From: Dimorphilus gyrociliatus
Taxonomy: Eukaryota > Animalia > Annelida
DNA length: 64,000 bases
Reading direction: 5' to 3'
NCBI GenBank assembly: GCA_904063045.1
Contig: CAJFCJ010000048.1
Location: 22,194 to 86,193, forward strand
Shown: piece by piece, positions 10,276 through 21,826 of the stretch
Numbering within the stretch: position 1 is the first letter of the stretch
How the letters are laid out: the number at the start of each line of letters is the position of its first letter
Translations under genes and position numbers: made by a program
The notes under the pieces: generated by a model
Told to the model about the DNA's origin: nothing
The model's input: only the letters and a program-made list of their open reading frames with translations
Database searches by the model: none

Positions 10276-13200
10276 ATGTACAGCAGTGGTTTTCCAATTT
10301 TTTTAATCCTTTTTGAATTTGCAAGTATAATTTTTAAAAATATTTTAAATTACTTTAACGTACAAAAAAGATTGATAAATAAACTTTTTAAGCGTCTTGT
10401 TCAACGGATGGTGACTGTTTAACGAATGGTCAATGTATGAATAGGACGTGTTACTGTAAATTTCCATTCAACAATGACCTCTGCAGTATGGGTATGATCT
10501 GTTATCAATGATTTTGTTATCATTATAATACGTAATTGATAATATTTGATATCAGGTTCTAAATACGCCTATATCGAAGGAATATTGAGCAATGGACTTG
10601 TCATTGGAGTGCATAACCTTTCGTCTGCTTTAGACTGCATTAAACAATGCGAAGACATGTTGAGCTGTGAAACAGTTGGCTTAGGGGTTTACACTAATAA
10701 TAATAGTTCTTTCTATTGTTCTCTTATCTCTGATACAACGTATCCCATACAATCTTTTCAAAATAATTCCATTTTGAAAGAACATTACACAATTATTTTT
10801 AGAGGTTAATTGAAATATTAAAATTATTAAAAATTTCTCAAAAAAATCAATGCAAACAATTTTAGATTTTGAATTATCCGTGTGCGGTAATGGAAATTCT
10901 ATAGTTGAACATACTCAATACTGCATTGAATTTTTATGGAACACTACAACGGGATGTCCAATTAGTGGTTATGGATTTATTAAAAATCTGGAAGGATGGA
11001 TGAAAGAGAATAGTACTTACAACTTAAAAAATCACATCAGAACGATTACATCACTTAGTTTGTCGTCGAATAAGTTAAATGTCAACAGTAAGAAAGAGTC
11101 GTATAGAAGTTTATGTTACGGTCACTTATCTGTAGGAAGATATAACGTTGCGCTAAATAAGCAAGTTATCTATTATTTTGATATTATCTCACCGCAATTT
11201 GTCCATCATCAGCAACATTTGGTTGATGGAGTTAAAAATTCAAACACAAGTTTTGGAGGTTGTACAATATCAATGACTGTATCGTATGGATATTCTTTTT
11301 GGGTAGGAGTCGATTTAGGAAATGAATTTACAATTGGAAAAGTTGTCATCTACTTATCAAACAATCAAAGTAAGAAATATATACACGTTTTTTGAAATTT
11401 TGAATTATTTTTTTGTTCTAGACCAAAATCAATTTTTCGATATAATTTCCATGAAATCCTATCCTCCACACCACATGTTTACTCCGGGACACGAACACGA
11501 GTATTGCGCTAAAAATGTACAAATGTTTTCTTCAACTAATAAATTGATTGTAGTTTGTCAACCTCATACGCTATCGGGACGTTACGTTGTTTTACAATCT
11601 GACTCGACCGATAGATTTGAAATTTGTGAATTGGAATTATATACATGTGAGTAGGGCAAGTAATATATTGAATTTAACTATTAAAAATTTTACCTCGATT
11701 AAGCTAATCTCGCTCTGTATGGGGAGACTTTAAGTTCGAGTGTTAAAGATGGTAATTCGTACGGTGGTTTTGGTGTTAATGAAAATGCTTTCGGTAATAG
11801 TTTTCAATCTATACAAGGACTTGAATCGTGGATTGCAGTATATTTAAGAAGTAACTATAAAGTATACGGTCTAGATTTGAGCGAAGCAAAATTTTGGGAA
11901 TTGGAAGTTTACGTCATTAAGAGAAATTTCTTTATAAATCAAACCTTAGAGGAAAATGAGAAAAGTTACTCAATTGTCACTTCTAGCCAGTATATGAAAA
12001 ATTATTTTCATGTTGCTTGTACGAATATTTTGTCAGGATCGTTCGTTTTATTAAAATCACCGAATGCGTTGTTGTTTAAAAATCTTGAGATATTTGGTTT
12101 ATTTACAAGTAAAAATAGTAAGGAGAATAATTTTTTCGCGTGATCTCTGTAATAAATATATTATACAAACAACATAGAATTTGAGAATATAGCGTATGGT
12201 AAACCAATATGGACGCTCGAAGTTCAAGGTAACAAATATGCTTATTTTGCAACGGATGGCTTTAGTGGACAATCTTACGCTATGACCAGCGAAGATCAAT
12301 ATATGGTTGTTGATCTATTAGAAATCTTTCACATTCATCAAATAGGAATACAAATGAGATCTTCGAACGAAGGTTGTAAATTTAGAATCGACAAAATCAA
12401 AATGTAATTGATTGATTAAATGTGTTTTAAAAATGTCTTTAGTAACAGAGATCAACAGATATTTTAACCATTTTAAGATTTATGAAAAGAGAATACAAAT
12501 CAAAATCAATGGAAATATTAATAGTTCAGATTGTGAAGAAATAAACAATATAAATAACAATGAATATGGAAAAACAATAATTTGGAATTGCAGTTTAAAA
12601 GTTAATATTGGTAGATTCATTTTGATAAAAAATTCACAAATGAAAATTATTGAATTACAAGAATTGTACGTCTTCGGAAAACTCTTTCAATCTAATGTTT
12701 TACCTTCAAGTAAACTAGTTGAAGCTTTCTTTGATGAAGACATTGAATGGAATATCTATGAGCAAGATAAATCTCCCCTAAAAGCTATTGATGGAGATTT
12801 TGGTTTTAGCTCTTGCACAACACTAAAATCAATTAGGGAAGATGAGTTAATAATAAAAATGAAAAAAAAATACTTGGTAACCCAAATTCTAATTCAGCCG
12901 AGGCATGATAATATTAACGGTTAAAATATATATATATTCTCAATTAATACGAAGACTATATACGATTTTTTTTGTCTTCCATAGATATTATGAATCTAAC
13001 AATTTCAGTTGGAAAAAAATCACTAAGATATTTTTGCGGTAAATTTTCTTCTACAGAACGTATTAATTATCCAATTGAAATTAACTGCGAATCTCCAATA
13101 TATGGAAATTATATACTGATCACACCAACGTATTCCGATAAAGATATAGATATATGCGAAGTGAAAGTATTTCACTTAAAAGGTAAAGGAATCGCTTAGA

Positions 13201-13515
13201 GTCTAATTTAATATTAATTTTCTTTCTTTCAACTTTTCAGATGACAAAGAATTAATGAATTGTTCGTCAATGTTGAAAATATATCCTAATTTTGAGTTGT
13301 CAAATTCATACGAATGCGCAATTTACAAATCGAACCAATCAATGCACGAATGCCTGCACTCATTCATAAATTCCTTATATAAATCATTTATATACAATTT
13401 TCAGAGTAAAACTTGTTGCATAGTAAATTTCGTGATATCCGTGAAAGATTTTATATATTTGAAGAGTTCAATTGTTGGAAAAAATATTTGTATTGTTAAA
13501 AATTCAACTTGTTGA
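10276..13515 (+). CDS. Multi-exon secreted lectin-like protein: signal peptide, EGF, PAN, about 4 FTP (fucolectin/F5-8C-like) domains, PAN
   Basis: ATG 10276 (MYSSGFPIFLILFEFA). A 99-nt phase 1-1 EGF exon at 10393-10491; PAN DCIKQCEDMLSC; FTP motifs NVALNK...VDG...WVGVDLG...CELE, NIAYGK...ATDG...VVDL, AIDG...CTT and GNYI...ICEVKVF; terminal PAN-like exon. Confidence 0.75.
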
Positions 13516-13759
13516 AAACTGCTGATGAACACAAATCTTCCTCAAAAAAGTCAAGAGTGAATTTTTTACTTGTCTCTATTTATTCTAGCTGTTTTTATCT
13601 CAAAATATAAATAAATTAACTCTTCAAAAGGTCATTTTCTATTTTATAAAACTTTCTTAACAAATATCTAGAGAATTTTTAAACAAAGATAATGACAATG
13701 GAAAACCGGAAATAGGAAAAATTAATGAAATTAAAAATGGTTGTCTTTTAAAAATCAGG

Positions 13760-14010
13760 CATATTTGCGACATTTTTTGCGAAAATTGCTATCAAATAAA
13801 ACATATAGACTTATCAGGTTATGACAATAACGTTTGCAATGGAAATAAACAATCAAGTGACTACTTAGAAAATGTCTTAGTTAGCAATTGTAATTTCAAT
13901 GAAGAACAAGAGATAAATTTTGGCAAATTTATTGGTCACGTGTTCTAAAATTAGGCTTTTATATTTTAATGGTAATCCATATATGAAAATTGGATTTTCA
14001 AAAATTGACG
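13760..14010 (+). pseudogene. RNI-like LRR family relic
   Basis: CENCYQIKHIDLSGY...SNCNFNEEQ...LANLLVTCSKIRLLYFNGNPYMKIGFSKI, the same repeat as 15259-16875, frameshifted. Confidence 0.65.
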
Positions 14011-14231
14011 AAACGATAATATTTATGAATATTATAAGCAAAATATTTTTGATCATTTTCATCAATTTTTTCTTTATTTGGCCTCACTTCATAATTATTG
14101 GAACAGTCACTTGACATCTGGTATGGCATTCAAATAGACATTTTTGTCAACATCTTTGATTTTCTAAGTTATCTTTATCAATTAATTGTTAATTTCATTT
14201 ATATTACTCTATTTTTATTGTACATTTTAAA

Positions 14232-14828
14232 TATGACGTGGAGTAAAGACATTAGGGAGCTTGTATTGAAGAAATACAATGATTTACAAAAACTATGAGC
14301 CACAGCAAGAGCTTTAGGAATGGCACCCTCTTAGACAAACACCTGTCTTACAACAAATAATTGTAAGAGGAGAAAAGTTTCTGTCTTCAGATGATCAGTG
14401 ATAATCTAGACTGGTTTAAAGTAATTTTCACTGACAAGGCTAGATTCTCACTGAGTGGGCCAGATGATTTTTGTACCTGGACCAAAGATGGCAAAAAAGA
14501 TTTCAGAGTGACAAAAAATATGGGCAGAGGTGGAGTAATGGTCTGGGGACTGATAACATATGATGGAATATTTGAATTCTGGTGGATAAGGAAAAGGCTT
14601 AATGCTGAAAATTACAGCTGTTTTATTGTGGAGGATATCCTCTGTGTTATCGAAGAGATTGAGGCAAAAATGGGGAGGAAATACATCTTCCAGCAACATA
14701 ATGCTGTGTGCCACATGGCAATGATGACTAAAAGAGCCTTTCAAATGAATGATATCCATCCTCTTGATTGGCCAGCAAAGAGTCCTGACCTCATCCCAAT
14801 TGAGAACATTATAGTGGTGGAACTTTAG
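14232..14828 (+). mobile_element. Tc1-type transposase pseudogene
   Basis: N-terminal MTWSKDIRELVLKKY...ATARALG (HTH), then VIFTDKARFSL, VMVWGLI, FQQHNA.CH and WPAKSPDLIPIENI. Confidence 0.85.
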
Positions 14829-15258
14829 AAAGACTTTTATTTCGTAGAGTTAGCTTTTAGTACTTTAGAAAGAACTCTATTTCATAAGAAATAGACTCTT
14901 TGACCGTAACAGATGGTGGCTAACTCGGCAATTAACAATACAATTACAATACAACAATGTGCAGACATAGAATCAGAATATCAACATCTTCCAATAAAGA
15001 GGAAAGTAATGATGATTTAACTTATGATCCAGAAATGAAAGAAGGATTCAAATTTTCATTAAAACAGATAGAATCAGTGAAGATAACATGCAATTCACTC
15101 AAAAAAGCAAATTTGTAAGATTAATAAACTTATCACAATATACAAGTCAATAAAAAGGTTAATCATAGAGAGATGTTGAAATGTCAACCTGCTAGTATTG
15201 CTGTTCAAAAAAACTTGTTTGGAAAGATATAAGCTCAAGTCTTGTTTCAATAAGAAGA

Positions 15259-16875
15259 TTATCTTTTAGTATATTTAGTTGGCAAATCATTCAACCAAAA
15301 ATTTTGTTCCTTTGTTAAATAACAAAAGGATAAATCAATATTTAATAGAGTAGCGAATGATGATTTTAATCCATGACATATTTTCTCAAATCCATTTTCA
15401 GTATTGTTATTCCAAGTTAAATTAATAGATTGTAATTGAGTACATTCTATGAGTAAATCACCTAACCAACTACTTTGTTCTTTAGATAAATTGCAACAAG
15501 AAAAATTGATTGTCAATAAAGACGATGACGAAGATTTTAATCCTTGACATATTCTTTGAAATTCATTTCCAAACAATTTATTATTACCTAAATCAATTTC
15601 TTGCAGTACTTTACAGTTTGATAATAAATCACCTAACCAACTACTTTGTTTATTAGATAAATTACAATCAAAAAAGTTAATTTTCAATAAAGAATGTGAT
15701 GATGAACTTAGTAATCCAATACATATTTTTTCAAAACCACTATTCAAGGTATTATTAAAACTCAGATCAAAATCTTGTAGTTTAGTGCATTCCTTTAATA
15801 AATCACCTAGCCATATACTTTGTTGATCATATATATAACAACAAGAAAAATCTAATATGATCAGAGATGAGGAAGATGATCTTAATCCATAGCATAATTT
15901 TTCAAATCCATCTTCTGTATTACCATTATTATTGAAATAAAGCTCTTGTATATTTGTACATTCTAGAAATAAATTACCTAAAATGTTGCTTTCTTTCTCT
16001 GATATTTCGCAATCTTCCAAGTGAAATTTTACGAATGACAATGAAGATGATTTCAATGCGTTAAAAATTTTCCCAAAACCATTTAGAAAACTTTCGGTAG
16101 GCCTTAAATCAACTTGTTCTAATCTAGTACATTTTCCAAGTAAATCACTTAACCAGATGGCTTGAATTTCTGATAAAAAACACGAATAAAAGTTGACTTT
16201 CGACAAAGTCATTGCCGAAGACATTAACCCATTGCAAATGTTCTTGAATCCATTTTTAAAATTTCTATTTAAACTTAAATCAATATCTTGTAAAAATTTA
16301 CACTTTATCAATAAATTCTCAAGCCATAAACATTGCTGTTCCACTAAATTACACAATGAAAAGTTAATTGTTAACAAACAGGAAGCGGAACTTTCTAATC
16401 CTTTGCAAATATTTTCAAATTCACAAGACATTTCTTTTCCACAATTTAAAATGAATGATTTCAAGTATTTACAATTCATTAAGCAATTTCCTAAATGTGA
16501 ATAATCCTTCTTCTTAAGAGTACAATTCCTTAATTCCAGATTATTCAGATACGGATTCAAGTAAAAATCATACAATGATTGAAATTCATATAAACATAAA
16601 ATCTCAATTGGATGATTGGTTAAGAAATTCAAATTTTTTATTCCAATAAATTTTTTCTGTTCGACAGAAATCTTTGTTAGTTTAACATTCTGGTTAGAGA
16701 AAAATTCCAATTCCTCATCTAAAAATGCTCTATTATCGCTACAACAATATCTAAATATTTCTTCACTGATAACGGATGGTAGACATATGGAATATTTCTT
16801 AGATAATTGATTTATTAAGTATAAATTTTTTCTTATAACTGGTAATATCAGATCTGCAAGACAAAAAATAGGCAT
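15259..16875 (-). CDS. Intronless 538-aa RNI/NLRC3-like LRR protein with a putative N-terminal BC-box/Cul2-box
   Basis: Uninterrupted ORF with ~57-aa two-LRR units (LxxIDFSxCxL...WLGDLLxxCxxLQxIDLSxN...GFExICxGLxSS). The N-terminus has CLADLILPVI...LPSVISEEI. Confidence 0.85.
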   Translation of the reverse strand: MPIFCLADLILPVIRKNLYLINQLSKKYSICLPSVISEEIFRYCCSDNRAFLDEELEFFSNQNVKLTKISVEQKKFIGIKNLNFLTNHPIEILCLYEFQSLYDFYLNPYLNNLELRNCTLKKKDYSHLGNCLMNCKYLKSFILNCGKEMSCEFENICKGLESSASCLLTINFSLCNLVEQQCLWLENLLIKCKFLQDIDLSLNRNFKNGFKNICNGLMSSAMTLSKVNFYSCFLSEIQAIWLSDLLGKCTRLEQVDLRPTESFLNGFGKIFNALKSSSLSFVKFHLEDCEISEKESNILGNLFLECTNIQELYFNNNGNTEDGFEKLCYGLRSSSSSLIILDFSCCYIYDQQSIWLGDLLKECTKLQDFDLSFNNTLNSGFEKICIGLLSSSSHSLLKINFFDCNLSNKQSSWLGDLLSNCKVLQEIDLGNNKLFGNEFQRICQGLKSSSSSLLTINFSCCNLSKEQSSWLGDLLIECTQLQSINLTWNNNTENGFEKICHGLKSSFATLLNIDLSFCYLTKEQNFWLNDLPTKYTKR

Positions 16876-17203
16876 ATTTTAACACATATATACACAAAAA
16901 AAAATTCAAGAATAAACAAATAGTGGATACTGCAAATAAATTGGAAATAGATTTAATAATTGCTACAACATCAATCTATAATTTACTTGAATTTTAAAAA
17001 AAGTTGATTACTAGTTTTAAAAGATTTTGTAAACAACACAATATAATATTTATAAAAATCTACTAGAGGGCGCTTTTTGGTTTCTTATACATTCTTACAT
17101 ATAAAAGGTTGCATATTTAAAATGCTATACTAAAGTTGTCTCTATTTCCCATATGTGTGTTATCACATTTGAATAGTATCTATGCTAATTTTACTGTCTC
17201 AGA

Positions 17204-17975
17204 ATGGCTGAGAAAGGAAGAAGAACAGTTGAGGAAAAAATAAATGAAGTCATTGGAAGAATACAGGAATGGGTTCATATGGTACATGTTGCAAATAGTG
17301 GAAAATTATTATCCAGCTATTGTAGAGATGACAAATTTAATAAAAATAGTATTGAAATTGCTTGTTTAGTACACGAAATGAATGATTATAAACTATTTAA
17401 AGGTAGTGAAGAAGAGGGTAAACAATATTTAATTAATTATTTGAAAGAATTTGGGTTAAATGATGAATATGCAAATGAGATTGAAGATATTGTTTCTAAA
17501 ATATCATTCAGATGTGGATTAAATCAAATTAATAAAGATAACTTAAGTTTAGAATGTCAAATTGTACAAGATGCCATTGGAGCTATTGATATTGCTAGAA
17601 TGTTTGCTTATAGTCGACATCGTAATCGTGGGGTCGACAGAAAATGTCCACAACTGAGAAATTTCAAGACTAGATTTTGGATTGAGAAATGGTTAGGAAG
17701 AAGACAGCAACTGATTTTTACTTAGGAGGGTCTCCTCTAAGAGTTAGGGGTAATAGAAAAGGTAAGGTACAGCCAGGGGCTGGGTTAGGGTTAGGGTAAA
17801 AGCACTCATTTGTGAACTTTTTCTGTCGCATCCCATAATCGTCTTATCTATCATCCGGATGTACAACGTGTTCAAGCCTACTTAAAGCAATTAAGTTTAT
17901 AAAGAAATATATCAACAACATTTAGTTTATTAGAATCTAAATCTGAAAAACAAGATTTTTACAAAGAATACTATG
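17204..17975 (+). pseudogene. YpgQ/YedJ-like HD-domain phosphohydrolase, intronless, disrupted by a MITE
   Basis: IACLVHEMNDYKLF...KISFR...CQIVQDAIGAIDIARMFAY, resuming in frame after the MITE as NRLIYHPD. HD is changed to HE and the DRLDA segment is missing. Confidence 0.8.
17630..17833 (+). mobile_element. Full 204-bp TTAGGG MITE with 9-bp TSD
   Basis: Termini ggggtcgacagaaaatgtccacaa / ttgtgaacttttctgtcgcatcc. Flanks cgtaatcgt (17621-29) and cataatcgt (17834-42) match 8/9. Confidence 0.9.
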
Positions 17976-18014
17976 AAAAATGAATTCTATATGATATCTT
18001 TTTACTCTTTCCAG

Positions 18015-18017
<3 letters not shown>

Positions 18018-18054
<37 letters not shown>
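18018..18054. repeat. (GA)n microsatellite
   Basis: Direct tandem repeat. Confidence 0.9.
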
Positions 18055-18057
<3 letters not shown>

Positions 18058-18152
18058 TAAAACTTTAATAAACATGTATGCTTTAAAATATTGCCAAATA
18101 CCAAATTTTTGATGTTTACCTACTTTTATTTACAGGCTTACAGGCTTAAGTT

Positions 18153-19142
18153 TTAGGATGATGATGATAATGAATGCCTGAAATTTTTACAAAGAAAAAA
18201 CTTTGCCAAATTTTCACGAAATGTCTTTTGAAATAGAAAATATATAAAAAAATTTGTAGAATTATTAACAAGATATATGTGAAAGAGTATAATATTTGTA
18301 GGCAAAATACCAGCAATTGAAAATGAAGCTGGAAACCAACTGAGTAGATATATTGTTGTAACACCAAATAGCATAGTTACAGTTCTAATATTCTTACCAA
18401 GAATTTTAGAATCTTTTGAAATGTTTCCGTTGTCATTGATCTTGTTTTTTCTTAATTTTAAACTTCTTAAAAGGATAACTCTATAAATTAGACCATAAAT
18501 TGAATATAATAAAATGGCCGCTCCTATATATAAAATAGAAGTCAGATAGTTATGTAAATCATTTATAGTTCCAGGTTGAGGGAAGCAATTTTTTAAAATA
18601 GGACCATTGTGTCTTTTATCAATTCTAATTTGATGAGTTAAAAAATTGATTATACCAGCAGAAAATGCCAATGATCCAATTGACATAAACATCATTTTAA
18701 TATGTATTTTACAAAGTTTTTTAAGTGGTTTGCATATAACAAACCACCTTTCAATGGCAACAAAAATAAATGTAAACGATGACGTAACTAAAAGAAAATG
18801 ATAGATAAATTTAGTGATTTTACAAATAAGACTATTTGTAATAAAACCCAATTCCAAAATTATTGAGTATGGACCACAAATTCCACATATTAAAATATCA
18901 ATAATTGCCATACTTTTTATAAAGATATCATTAGCATTAAATGATGATGATGATGATGACGATGATGATGATAATGATGATGTTTTCTTAGCCTTTTTAA
19001 AATTATAAAATAATAAGATAAGAATATTTGAAGGTATTCCAATTAGTATAGAAATTGATACATAAATTATAAATGGTGTAAAATATTTCAAATCTAATTC
19101 ATCCATTGTTAAAAATGTTTTATTATTCTTCGTCTCCATCAT
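18153..19142 (-). CDS. Single-exon rhodopsin-family GPCR (neuropeptide-receptor-like orphan)
   Basis: Seven hydrophobic segments: GIPSNIL (TM1), MAIIDILIC (TM2), CKI...IAIERW..ICKPL (TM3), LSWFP (TM6), NNSTNFFIY (TM7). Confidence 0.9.
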   Translation of the reverse strand: MMETKNNKTFLTMDELDLKYFTPFIIYVSISILIGIPSNILILLFYNFKKAKKTSSLSSSSSSSSSSFNANDIFIKSMAIIDILICGICGPYSIILELGFITNSLICKITKFIYHFLLVTSSFTFIFVAIERWFVICKPLKKLCKIHIKMMFMSIGSLAFSAGIINFLTHQIRIDKRHNGPILKNCFPQPGTINDLHNYLTSILYIGAAILLYSIYGLIYRVILLRSLKLRKNKINDNGNISKDSKILGKNIRTVTMLFGVTTIYLLSWFPASFSIAGILPTNIILFHIYLVNNSTNFFIYFLFQKTFRENLAKFFLCKNFRHSLSSSS

Positions 19143-19894
19143 CCTGACAAATACAGGACCATTTGGAGACTAGAGATATTTTCTTTTATATAGTATTGTC
19201 TTCCAGCAGTGTACTATACTGACCTTTTATTGTTCTCTCCATTCTTTGATAACCATAACATCACAATAATGATTAATTAATCACTTTATACATTAAAGGT
19301 ATAATGGAGAAGAAACAATACCTAGAAATAAGAAATAGGGTTATAGTAGTGATGGCTGCTACCAAAGCTATCTTTTAAACAAGGTGAATTATCATTTATT
19401 TCAAAGGTCTTTCAATTGTCATCTTCTTCATCCCCACCAAATGCTTTAAGTAAGCATATAAAGACAAAAAACAAAGAATATATTGCAATTTAGCTAAAAC
19501 AGTTTCTTAGCTATATTTTTATGTGAACTTTATTAATCAGAAAGTCTACCTTCAGATAGCATGTTTTATCTCCATAGAAATTATAATCCAAATCAAAACA
19601 GCCTCTAGTAATGCAAAACAAAGAGAATTAAGTAACATTCTAAAAGATGTACAACAAAAAGAGAAAATTCACGAATGATTGAGATTTGTTTTTCATAGAA
19701 TATACAAAAACCAACATGGCATCCAAAATTAAGCTGACATAAGAGAATGCGATAAAGTCAACATCCGTATCTTTTATGATAGCTAACTGAATTAGAATAT
19801 TACATTTGCTGACTTTATATACTTTTCCATGAGTTCAATAATTTATAGATATTTACAGAAGTGAAATTTAACCTGAAGGAATTGAAAATCATTA

Positions 19895-20030
19895 ATCTCC
19901 CTCTCTGTCCCTCTCTCCCTTTCTCTCCATCTCTGCCTCTCCTCCTCTCACCTTTTCTTCCTCTCTCCTTCTCTCGTTCCGTCCCTCTCTCTCTTTCTGT
20001 CTCACTCTGTTTCTACAACTCTGTTTCTAC
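19895..20030. repeat. Degenerate CT-rich low-complexity tract
   Basis: Pyrimidine-rich ctctc runs. Confidence 0.75.
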
Positions 20031-20701
20031 CATCTGATAAAATATAACGAATATATGTGATATTGTAGTTCCTAACTCAGTTAGAAAACTAAGCTAGCTG
20101 ATTTATACTCAGGGTTTATAATCACAAAGTGTTAGGGTTTGGGTTAGGATAAATTCATCAATTTGTGGGAATTTTCCATCATACCCACATCATTAACATA
20201 TACTTTTTGTACTTTATTGAATTGTAATTGTAATTCTTCAGAAAGGTATTTGTCCTTTCTAATCACCTGCTATTGCACCCTTTTATCTAAGTTATACTAA
20301 CGCCCCCTGGTTTATTCAATATTCGTTGACTTTTACTTTTCCAATGCATTCACACGTGTAGGTGATAATAGATTGATTTTGATTGAAATTGAACAAAGCA
20401 GATGATCTTATTAATTATTAAATTTCAGTACTATACTGCCATTTGCAGTTTGTGAATAGAGAAGACTAAATTCTAATGAAAGCTTATTGTTGTAATTATT
20501 CTCATTAGACTAATAGAACAAAAGAATAAGACAGCTAAAGAAAATAGAGGACTAATATGTTCAGTAAGTAAAAACTCATAAAGACTATAAGACTGAAAGC
20601 AAATATTTCTCCCTTGGATGATTTTTGCTTCTAGGAGAATTTTGAAAATGTTTGAATTTTTAACCAAATTAGAAAAGAAACCGTTTGCAGATTAGTTTGG
20701 T

Positions 20702-21622
20702 ATGGGTTTGGCAAGTGTATATTTAACAGTTATCTGTTGCTCTGTTCAAGTTGTTGGCTTTCTCTTGAATAGTAATTTGATTATAATCCATTGGATTAAT
20801 AAGGATTTATTGAAATTGAATCTTTTTGGCATGACAGCATTAACTTTTACTGATATTTGTTATTCAATAACTTTCTTCTTTTTCCTTATTTTTCATGATA
20901 CAGATATATCTTATTTCAATTGTCTGCTTGTATTTGAATTTATCTTCCTCATAACTTCGATTTCGTCCTTCACCTTGACTCTAATTACGTTTGAAAAGTT
21001 TATAGCTATAGTAAAACCTCTAACGTTTTACAAAAATTGGACAACAAAACGAGCTTTTATCTTAATCTCCTCTGTTTGGTTTATCAATTTGACTATTTGC
21101 GCACTTCCGGCTCTGGGTTGGAATAACTATGAAACTATTTCAAAGGAGAATGGTACCTTTAAATGTAACACTCTTCAAATATTTCCTTTTTCATACATGT
21201 TCTTTTGGTCATTTACCACCGTTGTGCCAAACGCCTTTGGTAGTTTATTCCTTTATATTCCCATTCTAAGAGCGATAAGGAAGCATAGAAGAGCAATTTG
21301 CGATCTATCTAGTGATGTGAATTTAGAATCTGGAGGCAGTAGTATTAGAGTTTTAACTAGTCTGCTAATAATCAATTGTATCTTCTGGGCTCTGCCAGCT
21401 GCAGTAACTGGCGTTAATTATTTTAGATTGAAAGGAAGCTTTCATTTCCCTGATTATCAGTTTGAATTGCTCACTGACTCATTCATTTCAGTTATTCTTT
21501 CGAATGCAACAATAAACGCCCTGGTTCATGGATATACAAAATCATCTGTAAGACTTCAAACCAGACAATTTTACACCAATATTTTAAAAAAGGCTGTATG
21601 TAGAAGGGTAGAAGAATCATGA
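20702..21622 (+). CDS. Single-exon rhodopsin-family GPCR (orphan; adenosine/lipid-receptor-like features)
   Basis: LTFTDI (TM2), LITFEKFIAIVKPL (TM3), ICALPALGWN (TM4), FWALP (TM6), NATINALVHG (TM7). Confidence 0.9.
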   Translation: MGLASVYLTVICCSVQVVGFLLNSNLIIIHWINKDLLKLNLFGMTALTFTDICYSITFFFFLIFHDTDISYFNCLLVFEFIFLITSISSFTLTLITFEKFIAIVKPLTFYKNWTTKRAFILISSVWFINLTICALPALGWNNYETISKENGTFKCNTLQIFPFSYMFFWSFTTVVPNAFGSLFLYIPILRAIRKHRRAICDLSSDVNLESGGSSIRVLTSLLIINCIFWALPAAVTGVNYFRLKGSFHFPDYQFELLTDSFISVILSNATINALVHGYTKSSVRLQTRQFYTNILKKAVCRRVEES

Positions 21623-21826
21623 TTATAGGCCTAGAAAAATAAGGAAATACAGCAAAATTACAGAATTTTTGTGTTGCAATTTTGACTCTTTTACATTTTT
21701 TTTAAAGCTAGCTTCAGAAGTACAAAGGGTTATGATCAGAGTATTAAATTCTATAAGGTTTGTAAGTGATAGATAAACAATACATAATCCTCAAATTGAC
21801 AATAAATATGATATTTATTTCGGCAT

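Noticed and set aside
15259-16875. NLR (NACHT-LRR) immune receptor
   Set aside because: No P-loop/NACHT domain in the ORF or adjacent sequence.
17204-17975. Bacterial contaminant contig
   Set aside because: The HD gene carries a host MITE with a TSD and sits among intron-containing animal genes.
18814-19008. Poly-Asp ORF on the plus strand
   Set aside because: It is the antisense reading of the microsatellite inside the minus-strand GPCR.
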